DNA of 64,000 bases from the NCBI RefSeq assembly GCF_009914755.1, contig NC_060935.1, one strand, 5' to 3'. Both the position numbers and the translations under genes were made by a program. This document shows positions 15,811 to 30,190 of the stretch, piece by piece; position 1 is the first letter of the stretch, and each line of letters starts with the position of its first letter. This DNA comes from the human T2T-CHM13v2.0 reference genome, Homo sapiens. The notes beneath the pieces were generated by a model. The model searched no databases. It had not been told where the DNA came from and saw only the letters and a list, made by a program, of their open reading frames with translations.

Positions 15811-16549
15811 ACTTCCAAAAACCTCCAGGCATTAGGACACTGTAATCCAAGGCATTAATTAGTAAGCACCTATATTCACTTGTTGCATGCTAAATATTCC
15901 TAACATTAGATTAATTATAAATATTCTTCTTTATAATATCTAATGAAAATCATATCAATGCAGATGTAAGTTCACATGAGATATAGAAATTAAAAATGAG
16001 AAAACAGAATTGAGACTTGGGGGAATTAGAAAGGAGTCAATGAAAAAAAGGAGCCTTAAGAAAAACTATCGTCTGCCTAAATTCCCTGGAAGCTTTTTGT
16101 TAGATAATAAAACTATGGTTTATCCTCTCCTCTCCCTTCCCTTCTCTGCCCCTTCTTCTCCTCCCCGCCCCTTTTATCCAATCTATCCCACCCACTGATT
16201 CCGATATAAGTAACCTGCCCGTATCTCTCTCTCCTGTTTAAAAATCAGCTGATTTATTCCTACTGCCTTCAGCCTAAAGTACTTAACATGGCACATAAGA
16301 TAAATCAAAACTTGGTCTTTATTTCTGATACTGGTTTTTCATCCTCATAAGGCTCAAGAGTTAACCATATGAGACTATGTATTTGTCATCTGTCAAGACC
16401 TAGCTCAAAGATTCTTTTCTGAAACTGTTCCTGACATTCCTTGAAGAATGGGCTCCTCCTTCTTTCATAATTTTATGGTGTTAATGCTATTATGAGACTT
16501 TTCACCTATGCTTTGTGTATTTATGATTCTGTCTAACAATTAGATCATA

Positions 16550-16924
16550 TGATACCATTTGGCTCTGTGTCTCCAACCAAATCTTATCTTGAATTGTAAT
16601 CCCCACATGTTGAGGGAGGGACCTGGTGGGAGGTAATTGGATTATTGAGGGGATTTTCCCCCATGCTGTTCTCCTGATAGTGAGTGAGTTCTCATGAGAT
16701 CTGATGGTTTGAAAGTGGGCACTTCCCCTCCGCTCACGCTCTTTCTGTCTCTCCTGCTGCCTTGTGAAAAAGGTGCCTGCTTCCCCTTCACCTTCTGCCA
16801 TGATTGTAAGTTTCCTGAGGCCTCTCCAGCCATGCAGAACTGTAAGTCAATTTAACCTCTTTTGTTTATAAATTACCAAGTCTCAGGTAGTATCTTTGTA
16901 GCAGTGTGAGAATGGACTAATACA
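16550..16924 (+). mobile_element. THE1D-like solo LTR (within an L2 remnant)
   Basis: Complete THE1 LTR ending 'gagaatggactaataca'; TSD TCATA/TAATA. Confidence 0.93.
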
Positions 16925-17904
16925 TAATAATATTCGGAAAAGAGGCCCTATGTTTCATTTTCAACACTTCATTGTCAATTTGCATGGTACCTGAAACAAT
17001 GGTTTAGCTTTTCATATCTTTGTTAACAACTCATAAATACTTTTTGTTAAATTACCAGAAATTTCCACTGTTTAGATAGATGAGAGAGGTAGTTTGCAGG
17101 TGGTAGGGAGATGATTTTATGCCACTCTTACTTCTGGCTTGGTTTCTACATTCCGAACCTGGGAAGTGGCTCCTTGGGAGATTGATATACTCCAACCATA
17201 TCACTTATCTCTGCCTCTGAATCTCAACTCCAACCGTATTTGATCTCTCTGCTATATATTTTTGCCTTTCCAAATGCTTTCTGACAAGAACTTGCAAAAA
17301 AATACAGAAAAACATGTTTTTTTAATTCCCTGAACTCATTAAATGAAACCAAATCTTCCAGAGTCTTTAAATTTTTTATGACAAATTTAGTAACTTTAAT
17401 AGACAGTTGATCCCTGCTTTCACCTCCAAATTTTGAACATGTAATTTTAATTTTCCTCTGATTATTGTAGAAAATGAATTTATATGAGTGAAATTACAAT
17501 TTTGAGTGTTTGCTATATTATTTGTCTTTCTTAACATTACTTTTTTTAGTAATAAGCTTTTATTTCTAATATTAAACTTTATGATAAATAAATTTTACAG
17601 TATTTCGGAAATACAGAAAATGACACTTGCAAATTTGTAAGTTCAACTTTTCAAAACAAAAGTCTTCAATTTTCAGCTTTTATTCCTTTACATATAATTT
17701 AAATTTCTTCTAATGACATTCTGATTTAGAGGGGTTTACTGAACAGTAGCCTTGCCTTTGACATGGCAAGGCCGTTTAGATAAATAAATGGCTTTGTGGT
17801 TGGGGAGGAACACATTTGAAATGTACCGTATTATAAAAGATCTACTAATAATAGAGAATATGATAGAATGCACCGCATGTTTCCTTAAATTGCAAATCCT
17901 GAAC

Positions 17905-18293
17905 TGTATTAGTCCATTCTCACAATGCTATAAAGAACTACCTGAAACTGGGTAATTTATAAAGAAAAGGGGTTTGATTGGCTTGCAGTTCTGCAGGCTA
18001 TACAAGGAGCGTGGCTGGGGAGGCCTCAGGAAAATTACAATCACGATGGAGGGGTGAAGTGAAAGCAGGCATGTCTTACATGACAGGAGCAGGAGGAAGA
18101 GAGCAAAGGGGAAGGTGCTATACATTTTTAAACACTCAGATACTGTCTTCCCATCTCATGCACTATCACAAGAACAGCAAGGGGGAAAATTCGGCCCCAG
18201 GGTTCAATCAGCTCCTAGCAGGCCCCTCCTTCAACATGGGAGATTATAATTAAACATGAGATTTGGGCAGGGACACAAATCCAAACCACATCA
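17905..18293 (-). mobile_element. MSTA solo LTR
   Basis: 'tgtattagtccattctcac...ccaaaccacatca'; perfect TSD TGAAC. Confidence 0.93.
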
Positions 18294-19391
18294 TGAACCT
18301 TGAATCTAAGAGTAGTGACAAAGTGGGTAACTGGGTAGCCTTTTCATAAAAATAAGGTGGAGCTTGTTTGTTTGCAACACAGAACTTGACACACTTGCCA
18401 AAAGATCAACATTACATTTCTTCAGGGAAATGGGAATTTTGGTTTTCTAATTTTGGAGGAGTTTTTTGTTGTTGTTGTTGTTGTTTGTTTTTTGTTTTTT
18501 TTTTTTAATAGTTTCCCATCCCAATGTGCATAGTGGGCTCATTCTTCCCTTTGTAGCAGTTTTGCAGATTCTTCAACCAGCATTAATAGCCACTCATCTA
18601 GAACCAGATCTTACAATTGCAGCTTAATATTTCTGTTCTGGAACTTGGAAGATCCAGTCATGGAAATATCCTGTAACTTGGCTCAGTTGTGTGAAGTGAA
18701 AATTTTTCCCTCAGTTTTCTTGGCCATATTCTGAAATAAAAGCAGGATAACTTAAAAGTCTGCTTACTGATATCTAAAAATACCTGCTGGGATTTTGACT
18801 GGGATTTAGCCAGTGAACATATAGCTCAATTTGAGGAGAATTTACATCTTAAAATATTGAGTCTTCCTATTCATGAACATATATTCTCTTCTCTTTATTT
18901 AACTCTTCCTTAACTATGAACATGTATAAAAGATTTCTCAATAATGATTTACAGTTTCCTCTGTTAAGATTCTTGCAGGACTATTTTTTGATATATGATA
19001 TATCAATAATATTATAATATTATGTTTTAAATTTTACTTTCAATTGTTTACCACTGGTTTATACATAAAGTTTTGATGTATTACCTTGCACCAACATCCT
19101 TGCTAAACTTCTTAATAATCCAGATAACTCATCTGTACATTCATTGGATATTATAGATACATAATCATGTATTTTGCAGCTAATGAGCATTTTATTGCTT
19201 TCTTTCAACCTTATAACTTTTTTCCTCTTGCCTTCCTGTTTTGACAAGAATGTACAGTATAATTTGAAAGGGAAATAATATTAGGAACTTTTTTTCTAAT
19301 TTCTAATCTCATTGGATAATATTTTAACAATTCATAATAACATTTGCTACAAGTTTTTGCAAAATCCTTCTATTAGATAAGAAAAATTTTT

Positions 19392-19477
19392 GCACCAGCA
19401 TGGCACATGTATACATATGTAACTAACCTGCACAATGTGCGCATGTACCCTAAAACTTAAAGTATAATAAAAAAAAA
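19392..19477 (+). mobile_element. Very short young L1 3' end (L1PA2-like)
   Basis: 'gcaccagcatggcacatgtatacatatgtaactaacctgcacaatgtgc...aaaacttaaagtataataaaa'; perfect TSD AAGAAAAATTT. Confidence 0.93.
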
Positions 19478-19763
19478 AAGAAAAATTTCATCTATTCCTA
19501 CTTTGCTAAATACTGTACCATAAATGATTATTGCATTTTATCACTAGCTTTTGATTTTTATTATCAATAGCCTTTTCTGTACATGATTTTTTCTGCTTTA
19601 ATATAAAAGTAAATTACATTAATTGATTTTTCATTATTAAGCCAACCTTCCACTTCTGGAATAGATCTTGCATGGTTGTGATAATACTGTACTTTTTATG
19701 TATTGCTGGATTTGTGCACTAATGATTTAAGACAGCTGCATCTCTGTATATAAATGAAATTAA

Positions 19764-20082
<319 letters not shown>

Positions 20083-21156
20083 TATTAATACTTTCTTTCC
20101 ACATAATATACTTGTTTGCTTTTAGCATTATGTTTATGCTGCTCTTATAAAATAAATTGAAAATATTTCTAAGTTTTTCTATTCTCTAGGAGGTTTTATA
20201 TAATAGTTCTCTTGAATATTTGGTAGGATTTATTAGTTTAGGATTTCTTTCTTAAATATTTGGTAGGACTTATCAGTGAAGTCATCTAAATTTGGTGCTT
20301 TCTCTGTAGAAGACATATACATAAAAATACACATGCAAAAAAGCGAGAGGAGCCAAGATGGCTAGCTAGAAACAGCAAGGAAAAGCATCTCCCATGGTGA
20401 AAACAGACCATCATGAAGTCCAGTATACTCTAAGGAGATCTTTAGAAGGAAATCATTAAGAGTGGAAAAAGGGAGCATGCAGACACTGGGCTGAAGGGGG
20501 AGGAAGCTGGGAACCCTGCATGAGACTGCCAAGCACCAGGACTTGTTCCCAGCCCCCAGTGACTCCTTGGAAGGAGTGAGTTAAATAGGTGAGAAGTGGC
20601 CCATGGACTTACCATGGACCTCTAGAGTATTAACCGTAGGAATCCCCGTGACCTCCATATACATCCGAGCTGGCATGGAGAGCTGCTTGGAGAAGTGTCA
20701 GCCTTTGGGGCTGGGAACTGGGGGGTGTTGGCACAGCATGACTACAGTAGAGCATAGCCAGGGATGCACATCCTCCAAGGCTTACCACACTCCCCTAGGT
20801 GGCTTTGGCCTTTGTTGACTATCAGACCTGAACAGAGCAGAGCTATCTGGTCCATGGGACGGGGCCAGTCTGATCTGAACACACCCCTGTTTGCTGGTCC
20901 TTCTCTGGGGCACCTCCCCGGCCATACCCATTTGCACTGCAGCCTGAGATCCCCAACAGAGGCATTTTGCAGCAGCTGCCACCATAGCTACTTGGTGTGG
21001 ACTCTACCTAACCATCGGAGAGCTTTAGCAGACAGGCCCGGATGACATGCACCTGCCAGCAGCCTCCTACCACTGCTTTGCCCCCAAGCACCTGCCTATG
21101 GCCTCTTCCTACTACTATGCTATGGTGTGCACTCTGTGAACCTCTCACAACCCCAG

Positions 21157-21521
21157 TCTATTCGTTCATTCTCACGCTACTATAAGGACATACCTGAGAC
21201 TGGGTAAATTATAAAGAAAAGAGGTTTAGTTGACTCACAGTTTTGAATGGCTGGGGAGGCCTCAGGAAACTTACAATCATGATGGAAGAAGAAGCAAACA
21301 TATCTTTCTTCACATGGTGGCAGAAGAGAGAATGAGTGCAGAGGGAAGGGGGAAGCCTCTTATAAAACCATCAGATCTCATGAGAACTCACTCACTATCA
21401 CAAGAACAGCATGGGGGAACCACTCCCATGATCTAATCACCTCCCATGAGGTCCCTCCCCCAACCAGTGGGGATTATAATTCAATATGAGATTTGGGTGG
21501 GGACACAGCCAAAACATATCA
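21157..21521 (-). mobile_element. THE1C-like solo LTR inserted in the L1 5'UTR
   Basis: Full THE1 LTR; perfect TSD CCCAG (21152-21156, 21522-21526). Confidence 0.93.
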
Positions 21522-23462
21522 CCCAGTACCACAGATGCATGCATGTGGAACTCACCACCATAACCCAGCCCCTGCTGGTGCCTATGTGCATGGAGACCCA
21601 GCCACTCCACCATCACTAGCATGAGCATGTGTACACAGACTCCATCACACTGCCATCACACTGTTGTCAGTGTGTGTGCATGTGTGGACCCTGATGCCAC
21701 TATCCTGATGAAGTGCTTTTTCCAGCACCCCTTATCAGAGTACTGGTGCTTGTGGACTGGGAACATCTCTAGCACCTCCAGCACAGCAGCTGCTTAACCT
21801 CACGGGGACAGAGAACGAAGTTATGGGCCTGGACACCACACCTTATGGATAGAGCATGCAGCTCAAGAGTGCTCAGCTGAGCCTGGCCCCCCGTGAAATC
21901 ATCCAGAAACAAAGCCACTCAGCTGAACCCAACTTACAGCAAATCAACCGGAAAGCTAGCAGAAGAAAAGAAATACTAAAATCCGAGCTGAACTGAATGA
22001 AATTGAGATTAAAATAAATACAATAGATTAACGAAACAAAAAGTGGGTTCTTTGAAAGAATAAGATTGATAGACCACAAGTTGGAGTAATAAAGAAAACT
22101 GAAGATCGAAATAAACACAATTTACCAACAACATCCAAGCTGAGAGGCAAATTAAAACACAATCCCATCCACAATAGCCACACACATACAAAAATACCTA
22201 GGAAGACAGCTAACCAGAGAAGGGAAAGATCTCTACAATAAGAATTATGAAACACTATTGAAAGTAATCAGAGATTAAGCAAACATGGAAAAATAATCCA
22301 TGGTCATCTGTAGGAAGAATCAATATTGTTCAAATGGTCATACTGCCCAAAGCAATTTATAGATACAATGCTGTTCCTATCAAACTATCAAAAACATTTT
22401 CCACAGAATTAGAAAAATATATTCCAAAATTTATAGGGAACCAAAATATAGTCTGAATAGCCAAAACAATCCTAAGCAAAAAGAACTAAGCCAGAGGCAT
22501 CACACTCTACTACAAGGCAACAGTAACCAAAGCAGCATGGTACAAGTATAAAAACAGACACATAGACCAATGCAACAGGATAGAGAACCCAGGAATAAGG
22601 TCACACACCTACAACAAACAACTTTTGACAAAGTTAACAAAAACAAGCAATGGTAAATGGACTCCCTATTTAATGAATGGTGCTGGGTAACTGGCTAGCT
22701 ATATGCAGAGGATTGAAGCTGGACCCCTTCTCTTTACTATAAACAAAAGTCAGGATGGGTTAAAGACTTAATGAGTTAAATGAAAAATGTAAAATGTAAC
22801 TCATCTTGAGGGCTAAAGACTTAAATGTAAAACTTTTAACTATAAAACCCTAGAATAACACCTAGGAATAAACATTCTGGACATAGGTCCTGTCAAAGAT
22901 TTCATGACAAAGATTCCAAAATTGAAAAAAAAAAAACAAAAATGGACAAGTAGGATCTAATTAAAGAATTTATACACAGCAGAAGAAGCTATCCACAGAG
23001 TAAATTGAAAGAAACCTAAATTGAAAGAAAAAATATTTGCAAACTATGCATCTGACAGAGGTCTAATATCCAGAATCTATAAGGAACTTAAACAAACAAA
23101 CAAAACCAAAATAACCCTATTAAAAAAATGGGCAAAGGATATGAATAGGCGTTTCTCAAGAAAAGATATACACTCAGCCAACAAGCATATGAAAAAATGC
23201 TCAACATCACTAATCATTAGAGAAATGCAAATCAGAACCACAATGAGATACTATCTCATACCAGTTAGAATAGCTTATTAAAAAGTTGATGCTGATGAGA
23301 TTAAGGAGAAAATGGAATGCTTATACACTGCTAGCAGGAATGTAAATTAGTTCAGCCCCTGAGGAAAGCAGTTTGGAGATTTCTCAAAGAACTTAAAATG
23401 GAATTATCGGTCATCCCAGGAATTCCATTTCTGGGTATATATCTAAAAGATACAAATGTTCT

Positions 23463-23849
<387 letters not shown>

Positions 23850-24292
23850 TCATCAGTGCTGAACTGGATAAAGGAAATGTGGTAGACATGTACCATGGAA
23901 TATTACGCAGTCATAAAAAAGAACGAAGTCATGTCCTTTGCAGCAACACATGTGGAATTGGAGGCCATTATCCTAAATTAGTTAATGCAAGAAAAGAAAA
24001 CCAAACACCACATGTTCTCACTTATAAGTGGGAGCTAAATATTGAGTATACATGGTTATAAATAATGGACACTAGGGCCTACTTGAGGGTGGAGGGTTGA
24101 AGGAGAGTGAGGTGTGAAAAACCACCTCTCAGGTACTGTGTTTATTACCTGGGTGATGAAATAATCTGTGTAAGAAACCCCTGCAACATGCAATTTACCC
24201 ATGTAACAAACCTGTATATGTACCCCTCGAACCTAAAAAAAGTTGGAAAGAAAAAAAAGTGATTTTCAAAATATATGTATGTATTTTTAAAA

Positions 24293-24582
24293 GGCCAAAT
24301 ACTGTGGCTTATGACTAATCCCAACACTTTGAGAGGCTAAGGTGAAAGGATCACTTGACCCCAGAGTTCAAGGCCACCCTGGGCAACATAGGGAGACCTT
24401 GTCTCTATGAAAGACAAGAAATTCATCAGGTGTGGTGGTGCATACCTGTAGTTGCAGAGAGGAGGCTGAAGTGGAGGATCACTGGAGCCTAGGAGGTTGG
24501 TCCTGCAGTGAGCCATGATTATGCCATTGCACTGCAGCCTGGGAAAGACAGCAAGACCCTATCTCAAAATTAAACAAACAAA
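24293..24582 (+). mobile_element. AluJ
   Basis: Diverged dimeric Alu. Confidence 0.9.
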
Positions 24583-25049
24583 TAGTATGGTTTATTGTGT
24601 ATGGCTCAATACTTTATCTTGTCAACATGCCACACCCTATGGGAAGGAGAATTAATCTCTATCTTGACCTCCAAAACCATAGATTAGGTTCACTTAATTT
24701 TATACTTTATGCAATTTAATCATAGAATATGTATACTTTTTAATGTAACTTCTTTTGCTCAGTTACGTTCATGAAATTAATCCATATTTTTACTTGTAAC
24801 TGTACATTGTTTATTCTCATTTCTGAAGAGTATTCAGTTTAGCCATTCTGGCATAGTGGCTTTAATTTACATTTCCACAGTGACTAAGGATGTTAAGCAT
24901 CATTTCTTACGTGCTCTTGATCTAAGTAATTGGATATTTTCCCACTTTATTGGCAGCATTTTTACTCTCTTGATGGCATATTTTTGATAAACAGTAGTTC
25001 TACATTTTAAAATAGTCTGATTTATTATTTTTTCTTCTCTGATTTATAC

Positions 25050-25333
25050 TTTTTTTTTTTTCGAGACGGAGTCTTACTTGGCTGGAGTGCAGTGGCATGA
25101 TGTCGACTCACTCCAACCTCCGCCTCCTGGGTTCAAGTGATTCTTCTGCCTCAGCTTCCCGAGTAACTGGGACTACAGGCGCACACCACCATGCCTGGCT
25201 GGTTTTTGTATTTGTAGTAGAGACGGCATTTCACCACATTGGCCAGGCTGGCCTCAAACTCCTGACCTCGTGATCTGCCCGCCTGGGCCTCCCAAAGTGC
25301 TGGGATTACAGGCGTGAGCTACCGCACCCAGGC
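25050..25333 (-). mobile_element. AluS (Sg/Sx-like)
   Basis: Dimeric Alu; TSD tatactttt/tataccttt. Confidence 0.95.
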
Positions 25334-25426
25334 TATACCTTTTTAAATAAGCAAAATTACTGCCTACTCTAAGAGCAATAAGATGTTTTGTTATGTTTTC
25401 TTTGTAAAACATGCATTGTTTACTTT

Positions 25427-26003
25427 TGTGAAAAAAAAAAAAAATAAACCTCAGGACCCCCAAATTACTAAGCCAAGGGAAAATTCAAGCTGGGAACTAT
25501 GTCACCCAAACCTGCCTCCCATTGTATTCCTAAATAAGGTAGCTACAAAGATAAAAAGCTACATACCTCCCCCACAGGGAATTTCCTTGTGGACAAAGGA
25601 CAGACGGAACTCAAAGTCATCCCTCTGAGGCTCACCTGAGACAAATGCATGTCTGATTGCTTTCTCCACTGCATTGTTTATGTAAAAATGTAGATTCACT
25701 GAGCCAGACCAAATTGTGTATTGGTGTATTCAGTGGAAGGCTGATCAAGGACTCAAAAGAATACAGTCTTTTGCCTCCGCCCCCCTCAAGTAGTCCTGAT
25801 TTACTGTACCTAAGGCAATGTTACACATATTAATTGATGTCTCATGTCTCCCTAAAATGTATAAAAGCACACTTGAACCCTGACCACCTTGGGCACATGT
25901 CTTCAGGACCTCCTGAGGCTCTGTCAGGGGCCATGTCCTTAACCTTGGCAAAATAAACTTTCTAAATTGATTGAGACCTGTCTCAAATACCTTTTGGTTT
26001 ACA
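25427..26003 (+). mobile_element. MER4-group ERV1 solo LTR (MER4B-like)
   Basis: 'tgtgaaa...gacccccaaattactaagccaagggaaaa...ggcaaaataaactttctaaattgattgagacctgtctca...tttaca'. Confidence 0.88.
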
Positions 26004-26226
26004 ACCTCATATTCAGATCTGCAATCCACCTGGAAATGATTTCTGTATATACATGAGCATTTTTCAGTTTTAATTTTATTTTTTCTTATTTTGGCTCGTT
26101 TTTGCTATCGACCTCTAGCTCAACTAAATTGTGGTCAAGAAACATTCTGTATGATTTCAGTCCTTTGAATTTTATGAATATACATTATGACTAGTGTTTG
26201 GCTAATTGCTATTAAGTTCTCCTTGA

Positions 26227-26562
<336 letters not shown>

Positions 26563-26995
26563 TAACAACTGTCTTTATTTACATTAAATATTTTTAGTAT
26601 TTGGCTTTAAATCTACAATCTTGCTCTACATTTTCTATTTGTCTTATGTAGTCTTATACTTTATAATCTCTTTTCTTGCCTTCTTTCATATTAAAATTCT
26701 TTTCTCTTTTCCCCCAAATTAACTCAGCATTTATTCCTCTTTTACTATAGTTCACTGGTTTTCCTGAGAAACATGTACTAGAATTAATTGATACTCTCTT
26801 CCCAGACAATGCAAGCACTGCAGAACACCTTTTCCTTCAAAGTATATGCATTTTAAAATTTATTTTAATTATGTACATATTATAAGACCCCTGAGACAAT
26901 ATATTATTATTTTTTGCAGTCGGTATTCATTTAAATTTACCTGCATATTTTATCATTTATTTTGCTTTAACCCAACTTTAAGAACTGATGCTTTT

Positions 26996-27240
26996 GGCTG
27001 GGCATGGTGGCTCATGCCTGTAATCCCAGCACTTTGGGAGGCTGAGGCAGCAGATCACAAGCTCAGGAGATCGAGACCATCCTAGCTAACACAGTGAAAC
27101 CCTGTCTCTACTAAAAAAAGTACAAAAAATTAGCCAGGCGTGGTGGCGGACGCCTGTAGTCTCTGCTACTCAGGAGGCTGAGGCAGGAGAGTGGTGCAAA
27201 CCCGGGAGGCGGAGCTTGCAGTGAGCCGAGATCGCCCACA
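26996..27240 (+). mobile_element. 3'-truncated AluY, no tail
   Basis: 'gagatcgagaccatcctagctaacacagtg'; ends at 'gagatcgcccac'. Confidence 0.93.
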
Positions 27241-27288
27241 TGACTCAAACTTTTAATAGCTGTTTTGCTTCTGATGCACTCTTAGACC

Positions 27289-27972
27289 TGTTACTGGTGG
27301 CAGATATCTGAGTTACCAGCTGCGAATCTGTACGGGTCTGCAGCAACCTGAATTCTTACCTCCTCAGAAGAAAGAATTCAATTTAGGGGCATAAGGCAGA
27401 AAAAGAGGAAGTTTCAGAGCAGGAGTGGAAGTTTATTAAAAAGGCTTTAGAACAGGAAAAAAAGGAAAGATCACTTGGAAGAGATCCAAGTGGGCGACTT
27501 GAAGAACAAGTGTCGCATTCAGCTGTCATCCTAGGACTTTGTAGGCTGGCATCTTATGCCCCTTTTTGTGATTCTTCCCTTAGGGGGAGCTGCCCTCATG
27601 CGCAGTGCCCTCTTTACGCTTGGGAAGTGAGCACGTGCACTGTCTTTAGGAAGTGGTACACATGCCCATCTGAGGATTCCTTCCCTTTTCCGGTGGAGTC
27701 GCCCCAGAAGGTCATACTCTGATATTTTGCCTCTTAATGCATATGCCTGGGAAGTTGCTTCTTCCTGGCTGCTGCATAATTTTAACACTTTAATGTTAAT
27801 AGCTTTGGATGGTAAGGAGGTTGTCTCTCCCTGATGCCCTGGCACAGGCTGCCAAATTATCATTTTTAGAGAGGCAGTGTGATAATTGTCAAACCATCAC
27901 TTGACATTGCTAGTGGGTAGGGGTGAACAGCCCTCTCCTGCCATGCTCATGCCTGTCTAACTACCTGTAACA
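27289..27972 (-). mobile_element. ERV1 solo LTR (MER50-like)
   Basis: Reverse strand starts 'tgttacaggtagttagacaggcatgagc'; perfect 4-bp TSD GACC. Confidence 0.88.
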
Positions 27973-28641
27973 GACCTAGAGTACGCTTGTCTGATTCCAA
28001 CCCATTCTCAAGGGATTTACCAGAGCCACACTATTTGGTGACATTTATTTCCAAGGCAATTTTCCATGGACCCAGGAATCTTCCCAAAGTACTGCCCAAT
28101 CTGTCGGATACCTATTCTGGGCTGCCAATGCCTACAGAGCAGAAGGATTCCAAAAAGCAGGCTCTTCTCTCTAGATTTCTGGTTTCTTCCAGGTATTGAA
28201 GCCATAATTATTTCCTACTTTATTAGTTATAAGATGACATAAGGAAAATGATTCATATATTTTGTTTAGCTCTTTGTTATGCTCTTCAGGAAGTCTGGTT
28301 CAAAATATTCAGTTTGCCATTACCAGAAGTCTATAATGACCTTTTACAAGGCTTTTTCTCTCAACTGGACTAGATCTCTAAGAATTATCTTATTTTCTGT
28401 TCCACTTCTAAGTACCTGCGTGGCACTTAGTAGGCAAATAGTCAACATTGTTAAACAAATTATTCACTTTACTCAGATAGCCCCAAAGAAAATACTACAA
28501 TACATCAATAGTGCTATCTCAAACATTCATACATTTAGAGATGAATCTGGATGAAGACAGACACATTTTCCTATGGCTGTGTTTTAATAATTTATGTAGT
28601 TACCTAGTATACCAAGGCGTCATTAAAGATATTGCTAGTGA

Positions 28642-28933
28642 GGCCAGGCGCGGTGGCTCACGCCCATAATCCCAGCACTTTGGGAGGCAGAGGTGGATGA
28701 TCACTTAAGGTCAGGAGTTTGGGACCAGCCTGACCAACATGGTAAAACCCCGTCTCTACTAAAAATACAAAGATTAGCCAACCGTGGTGGCACGTGCCTG
28801 TAATCCCCACTACTCTGGAGGCTGAGGCAGGAGAATTGCTTAAACCCAGGAGTCAGAGGTTGCAGTGAGCCAAGATTGTGCCTTTGCACTCCCGACTGAG
28901 CAGCAAGAGCAGAACTCCATCTAAAAAAAAAAA
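28642..28933 (+). mobile_element. AluSx/Sq-like
   Basis: Dimeric Alu; TSD aaagatattgctagtga / aaagatattgcttgtaa. Confidence 0.95.
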
Positions 28934-29384
28934 AAAGATATTGCTTGTAAAAGCTCAATTTACATTTCTAATGAAGCTTAGTGCCTATTAAGAAATGGAG
29001 GTACATTGTAGTGTTTAATTTTACACTGATATTTTAAACTAGGCAGAACCAAATAATTATTTTTTTGTGTGATGATGCCAAGAAATTTTTTCACCCAGGA
29101 ATCTGTTTTATAAGAAACAGCCTACAGATCTGTAGATAAAAGGGAAGATGAGTGAAAAATCAAAATGGGAAAGCACATCTATTGCAAAATGAGAGAAATT
29201 GAGTAAAATAATCTGACAATTTAAGCCAAATATAATCATTGATTTATTCTACTTGCTATATATACTACGTAAGTCATGGTTCATAGACTATAATGGGCAA
29301 GTATGGCATTGTTTTCCAGCCACTTTATAATATAACCTCTTCTCCCACTCACTCCATCAATAAAATTACAGTAGGAGCTGCCCC

Positions 29385-29550
29385 TTTTTGTTTCTGTTTT
29401 TTACTTCCTTTCTTTCCCTTTTACTTTCTTTCTCCATTTCAACCTTCCTTCCTTCTTTCCTTCTTTTTCCTTCTCCCTCTCTTCCTCCTTCTTCTTTCTT
29501 CTACTTCATTTCCTTCTCTTCCTACTTCATTTATTTTTATTTTCCTTTTA
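29385..29550. repeat. CT-rich low-complexity tract
   Basis: About 165 bp of near-pure pyrimidine on the + strand. Confidence 0.9.
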
Positions 29551-29724
29551 ATAACTTTAAGCATTACAAAAACACTAGATACTTATTCAAATTCAAGTTT
29601 TGTCACTTGGTCAAGTCTCTGAACATTTGTTGTCACAGTTCATTAATCTCTAAAACAAAATTATTAGAAAAGTGATGTTTAATGTGTCTCCTAGTTATAA
29701 CAGTCCATAAGTCTATGAATGCTC

Positions 29725-30190
29725 CATGTTGCTAACAAGACTGTATTTCTCTGGCCACAACTGTTTGTCCAGTTTTGGGCACATGATCCAAGCTGAACAA
29801 ATGATTACCTTCTCTGCAGTTTTTGGACTTGGAACCAGAGATAGCAGCAGTTAGTAATGTTTTCTCTTTGGAGGTTAAATTGAAAGGTGTACAACTTTAA
29901 AACTGCTTGTAGTCAACTTTACTGCTAAGTTGAGAAAGTTTGAAAAGGAAGGGAAAAACAATGTGAGCATTCAAGAAGCAGCAGAGATGAAAGCCCAAGT
30001 CCCTGATGTCATGTGAGTTCTAGTGTTCACTACCTGTCACTAGATCCAGTGTCCCTGGGGTACAAATATAGCCCTCTCTTTTTTCTGGTTTGGTTTCCAT
30101 AACATGACCTAGAATCCTTCCAATAAATTACTTTTTTCCCTGAGATCATTTAAATTGTATTTCTGTGTCTTTAAACTTGAGAAATCTTAA
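29725..30190 (+). mobile_element. Old ERVL-type LTR (LTR33-like)
   Basis: 'ctggccaca...gggcacatgatccaagctg' motif; AATAAA near the 3' end. Confidence 0.45.

Noticed and set aside
17749-17772. Hairpin GCCTTGCC...GGCAAGGC as an RNA structure or terminator
   Set aside because: An 8-bp stem is expected by chance in 64 kb and has no supporting context
29293-29675. Hydrophobic 'membrane protein' ORFs
   Set aside because: The Phe/Leu/Ser bias comes from the CT-rich low-complexity tract
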